A DNA stretch of 64,000 bases from Eledone cirrhosa (lineage: Eukaryota), in assembly GCA_964016885.1 (NCBI GenBank), contig OZ024740.1:233802001-233866000 (forward strand), read 5' to 3'. Position numbers and translations under genes: made by a program. This document shows, one piece after another, positions 61,540 to 64,000 of the stretch. The first letter of the stretch is position 1. Each line of letters begins with the position of its first letter. The notes under the pieces are model-generated. The model made no database searches. It worked only from the letters and a program-made list of their open reading frames with translations, and was not told where the DNA came from.

Positions 61540-63530
61540 CGAATTACTACGCGTCCGAATCACCAGTAATCGTGAACAAGGTCCGCATGAGCGCCATGGC
61601 TAAATCAAATATCACTAGAGGGAAAGTAGACGTTATAATAGCAGCGAGAAAGACGTTAATTAGGTTTGGCGTTAAATTATGGGAAAGGAGGGACAGACCC
61701 GATAGTTTCGACATTACGATGGGGTCGAGCGACTCACCGCAGGTGACGGACCTGGTGGGAATCTATCTCCTCCAAAAGCTAGCGGAGGAGATCCCACGGA
61801 TCGGCGGAGGAATTTATAGAGACGACGCACTATTTACCTTGCACTCCCTAAACCGCAACCGGGTGGAGCGTATGAGGAAGCGCATATCACATTTTTTTAA
61901 ACAGCACGGCTTATCCGTGCTAATAGAACCTAGCACTAGGACGGTGAATTTCTTAGATGTAACTCTGGAACTGAATACGGGCATACACCGGCCTTACCAC
62001 AAGCCCAACGTGAACCTGCAATATATAAACAGGCACTCGGACCACCCCAAGTCTGTAATAGACGCCATAGTAAAAGGGGTATACAACCGCGTATCCACCC
62101 TGTCGGCTAACGCAGATGTGTTTAACCAGTACGCCGATTATTATAATGAGGCACTGCACAAGGCCGGTTACACAGAAGCCATAGTGTAGACCCCAGACAG
62201 GGAAGGGCCTAGCGGCGAGAAACGCCGATACGCGGATATAAATAGTACTTTCCTAGATAGGCAGAACACCCGGGAACACGCATCTAGTGCTAGAGCTAGT
62301 AATATAGGTTACCGCAGGGACACAAAACTGACGCTAAGACAAACGAAGGCACACGGGGACTATAGACCACATAGTACACGCAGACAGAATCTCAACACAA
62401 ACGCAATACGTGACGAGGGAACTAGAGCTAGTGACAGAGTAAAGGCAGCACAGGAAGTGGAACCAGATAGAGGGAATACCTGGATCAATAGCATAGGCAT
62501 AGTTCCGACAGTAGCACCAGATAACAATAATTGGATTATCCATAGGGCCGACACACTAGAACAGAATATTTTAGTAAGCGAACGGTGTAATCCGGACACA
62601 CATGGTAGATATAAGAATAGTGGTAGCATAGGGGATGAACTAACGGGTAGGCACAACCCGGGAGGGAAAGCTGACCTTGCACACACTACTACACACACGA
62701 CGAAATAGTACAAGGTCTATGACTATTACGTGGTTTAACGCGCCGTATTCGAAGCATGTATGCACTAATGTACCAGGCCTCTTCTTCAGAGCATTGGACG
62801 AGTGCTTCCCGGCGTCGAATAGGTACCACAGGATATTCAACCGCCACAGAGTGAAGTTCTCCTTTTTCATCGCACCTAACATGGCAGACTATATGGCCAA
62901 AACCAATGCAGTGGAGTTGGGGGAAATTCGACTGCTAACTACTGCAGGCGACCGACGATCCTGGGGGGCCGGGAGGACCACATGGATGTAGGGTCATTAA
63001 CTATGGCCCGGTTCCCACGGTAGACGATCTACCCGCGGAAGACACAGTACTCGACAACCAGGTGGCACTGATCGACAGATAGGAGCCCACCGCTCCGGCA
63101 GAACAACACCCAGCGAACCGGAAGAACGCAGCTAAAAGGCCAGGACCCCGCGTAAGGAATGAGCAGCATACAGCCCGAACATGCAACTGCCGAGTGGGCA
63201 CACAATGCTCTCTGCAGGGAAGATGCCTAACGAAGGGTGCCGTCTACAAATTTGTGGTTAAAACGCACAACACCAAGCGCACCTACATCGGCGCAGCATC
63301 CACGACATTTAAATCGAGGATGTACAATCACATAAACTCTGGCACCACGTATGATCTCAACTGAATATCGTTCAACGTGCTAATGCATATTCGTTCGGCA
63401 AGAGGAAGTGCAGGCTGTGCCTGCCCGAGATAGTGGAATAAAAGGATGACGTGGTCAACCTGAAATCGGAGATCATCATGACATGTAGACACCAACGAAG
63501 GTGCACATTCTCCGGATGGCGCCAACTAGA
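61540..63530 (+). pseudogene. 5'-truncated PLE ORF (RT plus CxC-x5-C linker plus GIY-YIG), probably Hydra-clade-like; premature stops, frameshifts and a deletion
   Basis: FDITMGSSDSPQVTDLVGIYLL, GIYRDDAL, VNFLDVTL, YINRHSDHP, ITWFNAPYS, TCNCRVGTQCSLQGRCLTKGAVYK...TYIGAASTTFKSRMYNH, CRLCL, RSEIIMTCRH. Confidence 0.88.
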
Positions 63531-64000
63531 ACCATGCGGGGAAGCAGGTGTCAGTCGAAGTGACGGCGCGGGTCCATGGGATTGAACATCATACCTTGAT
63601 GACTATGTATGCTGTATGGGGCATATCGACACACTCATTGCTGTACATTTGACTCTGTACTTTATCTTAAATACCGCCGTCGCAGTAGTCAGGACACGCC
63701 TGTTCAATTTCCATGGGTATACTCAATCCCGTATCATACATCACTAAGGCACTCTGTTTCAGCCACAGTAACATACTACGTTACAAACTGTTTTTCCGTT
63801 CTCCCCGCATATACATTTTGTTATGTAGTGTGTGTATTTTCTCTACGTATTGCATTATGCAACGTTTTATGTATTTTTGGATGTACAACCTCATGTGTAT
63901 TTTTTATATACTTTTTATATGTTTTAAGTATATCCTTTACATTTTCCTATGAGCTCCCTATATGTAATTTTGTTTATAAGGTTTCTGTATGCCAACTCAG

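Overview
AT-rich, microsatellite-dense eukaryotic (animal) DNA. The SINE/LINE/Helitron/Penelope mix suggests a mollusc, probably a cephalopod; this is inference. The only convincing host coding sequence is one signal-peptide exon of a class C GPCR on the minus strand (582-792), and that gene continues beyond the left edge. The rest is decayed mobile DNA: Tx1/L1-like, R4/Dong-like and RTE LINEs, tRNA-derived SINEs, Helitrons, MITEs and at least six coding fragments of Penelope-like elements (PLEs, RT plus GIY-YIG). Most ORF-track entries are microsatellite artefacts. The main hidden signal is non-coding: more than 20 whole or half type I hammerhead ribozyme (HHR) motifs from about 10 sequence families. 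They lie in short (TA)n-embedded fold-back elements whose symmetry axis repeatedly falls in or beside HHR stem II. Several families carry non-canonical cores in every copy (U3-A8 swap, U3-A8 plus GCAA, CAGAAGA). All folds were done by eye and repeat boundaries are approximate.
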